64,000 nt of DNA from positions 1 through 64,000 of the forward strand of contig ML002221.1 of assembly GCA_003614675.1 (NCBI GenBank), in the 5' to 3' direction. The stretch's first letter is position 1, and the number at the start of each line of letters is the position of its first letter. The position numbers and the translations under genes were made by a program. Under the pieces are notes generated by a model, which worked only from the letters and a program-made list of their open reading frames with translations, had not been told where the DNA came from and did no database searches. Below are positions 61,540-64,000 of the stretch, one piece after another. The DNA comes from Dimargaris cristalligena (Eukaryota).

Positions 61540-62370
61540 GTGGGCCGACAGTTGTGGCAGTACATTTCAGTATTATTCAATTGGAAATGCTTATAATCCA
61601 AAAAAAAAACTATATAAATATTAGATAGTAGGTTCAAGGTTTTATTAGTGGATAGTAGGTACTTAATGTTTATTAAAGGATGGGTCATTTTATCCAGATA
61701 ATTGATCAACAATATAATGGTCAGTGTATATGATATGCTAGAAACTAGATAGACCATGTGCAGGTCAGGCCATTTCCAGAAGTGGTGAAATAATACAGAT
61801 GGATAAACCATGTGAAAATATCTATGTCATCACTTAGGCTTAAGGTTCTTCAAATCTACTGCAAGAGACACTGTGGTTTTCTTAGTAAGGAGGTATTGAT
61901 ATTACAGTTAACAGTCAGTAGGGGGTTTGGTTACAAATCAGCTTGGGGTATGAAAAATAAGGACTCCCTGCTTAGACAGCTGTACTCGTGCTCTGTTCTA
62001 AGAATCACCAATTATCAGGTGAAGGGTCTTACAAAGATGGGCTAAACCACCACTGTAAGGGGGGAACATTCACTCATGATGGCCAATGTACCTATATGTT
62101 CTGCATGACCAGATCATCTACCACAGAGCTGGTGCTGGCTGGGCTGGATCAGAACCATTAGACCTTGATACATCATGCTTTGTTAATTCCAATTGCACAC
62201 CAGAAAATAAGGAGCCCAAGGTACTGGATTAGAGTATGCCAGATTTGGGACCAATGGCATTATGTTATGAAACCATTTGATTTTAAGGGGCACCTCAATT
62301 CATTGAGTATTAGAACCTTTCTTTTAGAGATAAAAATAAACATGCTATTCATCAACTGAACATGGCCATC
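61540..62370 (+). pseudogene. Decayed Ty3/gypsy pol remnant (protease-like motif, then reverse transcriptase N-terminal half)
   Basis: Motifs appear in the expected order across broken frames: ADSCGST (about 61543), DSLLRQ, SPII, KDG...C, DQII..RAGAGW/IRTI-DL, LIPIA, DQWHYVMKPFDFKG (cf. G.YEY.VMPFGL), FIN* at the expected YxDD position. Strongly CpG-depleted. Confidence 0.6.
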
Positions 62371-62562
62371 AATATATAATATATACTATCTATGCCTGAC
62401 ACTCTTGTTGGCCCTCCTAATCTAACTTAATCCAGACATAATAATCACCCATCCTTATTAGGCCTTATAGCACCATATTAACCTTCCCCTGGTCACCCCT
62501 GGCACTATGGGATCACCCTATATCACATAGCCATTCCCCTTCCAGACTCCTTGGTTTACACT

Positions 62563-62991
62563 AATCACTCCCATGCTGATCTGACAACTCTTCTGGTTCC
62601 TAATAAAGTCTTCCAAGTCCTCACAGCCATCTGGTTGGCTTATTTATTGTACCTTAGTCTTAGTAGTATCCTCCTTCAGGGACCTCCCTCTGGAGTCATC
62701 CCCACATATATATAACCAGGCCCCACTGGGACTGGTGCAATTCCTTAGCTTATTCTTACCCCCATAGTTTACCCTAATAAACCCTGTATACACTCATACC
62801 CTTATATTGACTAGTAAGTATGCTTGCTGCACGTCCCTTATGTATACCAGTATTCTAGTAGCCTTTATTAGTTAGTACTATGCCCCTGCCTAGTGCTAGG
62901 ACCTGCTTGGCTGAGTCTAAGCCCCATCTACCATTAGAAGCCTATCCTCAGGACCCTTGACAGACTAAGAGTAGTTAACCCGGGTGACAAC
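62563..62991 (+). mobile_element. Degenerate LTR-like repeat (copy C)
   Basis: TATATATATAA near 62706, AATAAA near 62776, and a ...GTGACA end at 62989; homologous to copies A and B. The 5' boundary is uncertain. Confidence 0.8.
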
Positions 62992-64000
62992 CCTTATGCT
63001 CTATTCATCATGGTAGAATCCCATATAGTCTCACATGAGTCAGATGATACTATACCTTTTCATTTGAAGTACCCAACCCATATAAGCCATTTAATAAATC
63101 AAGTAAGATGCATTGTATGTATATATGTGTGTGTGTGTGTATTAATACCTAAGGCCAAAGTGAAGGGCTGTGACTCAATCAGACCATTAGCCACCCCATT
63201 TCCTTTTGTCCCATCCCCCAGTGAGCTATAGTTGGCATGTTTCTTTTTCTATACAATAACTGGGGCCAAGGTCTGCAGAACAGCAAGTCCCCATGATATT
63301 TGGGATCCCCTTTTAAAAAGGCCAACTTGGGTTACATGCATACTGAATATAATATTATACCAGACCAATTGCCTCAGTGGTTGATGTCCAAAGGCATTGG
63401 CCAATAGTGCCTACTGGGTGCCATTGATTTCAAATTATGAGACTCTTAGTCTTAGATGCTGGCTAATAGTAATATATTTACATACAGTTGAAGGACTCTT
63501 AGACAAGGGGTCACGAACTGGCACAGGGGCTATAGACTATTGTGTCTGGTAATCATCAGGCGAGTGAACAGTTATACTCTTTCACCATAGTAAAATGTAG
63601 CTGCTTATATAATATATTACTTTACGTGGTACGGACTCTTGATTGTGTTTCATTTACAATATGTGCAGCATTTAATGCCTCTCTTATGTTGCTTTATTAA
63701 TTAATAGAACAAAAATACCTTAACGATCACTACAGTGTTGGCAATTACCACTCATAATGATATATATCATTACAGTAAGGCACCTCGTCTTAGTTGGTGC
63801 CCAACTTCTGCTTGATGCCATAGTTATGGTGACCCGGTGAGGCCTAGATTCACGAGGACCCTATATCAACTTGTTTGACTAATACTTGAAGGCCATCACC
63901 ACTAATCTTCACGGTTGATTCAAACCCATCCATTTCCAACCGAAGCCTTTCAAAGACCTGCCAATACCTCCCCGTGCCACCATTCCCTTCCTTGGACAAC

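Noticed and set aside
1..64000. CRISPR arrays, rRNA genes, prokaryotic operons
   Set aside because: None seen; the DNA is eukaryotic with spliceosomal introns, and the tandem repeats lack unique spacers.

Overview
Eukaryotic, intron-containing fungal DNA. Gene content and style suggest an early-diverging (Zoopagomycota-like) fungus; this is an inference, not verified. The window has three zones. (1) 1-10.2 kb is an accessory block: CpG-depleted retroelement debris plus three minus-strand lineage-specific genes. These are a frameshifted gene for a signal-peptide + acidic-repeat + F-box-like protein, an intact gene for a signal-peptide + C2H2 zinc-finger protein, and an F-box-like/LRR protein. 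(2) 11-49 kb holds conserved genes: LCP5/neuroguidin (5 exons), Mpv17/SYM1-family, SYS1, a 1462-aa Myb/SANT-like regulator, a 2-exon RidA/YjgF gene missed by the ORF track, Snapin, PRP28, tRNA-Ser(GCT), a candidate box C/D snoRNA and an NsdD-type GATA factor. (3) 49.4-64 kb is a long gene-free stretch ending in a CpG-depleted Ty3/gypsy remnant flanked by two oppositely oriented copies of an LTR-like repeat that also occurs at the window start. The most interesting signal is the pairing of secretion signals with normally intracellular domains (a transcription-factor-like zinc-finger array and an F-box), which fits a host-manipulating effector island. No searches could be run; family calls rest on motifs recognised by eye.
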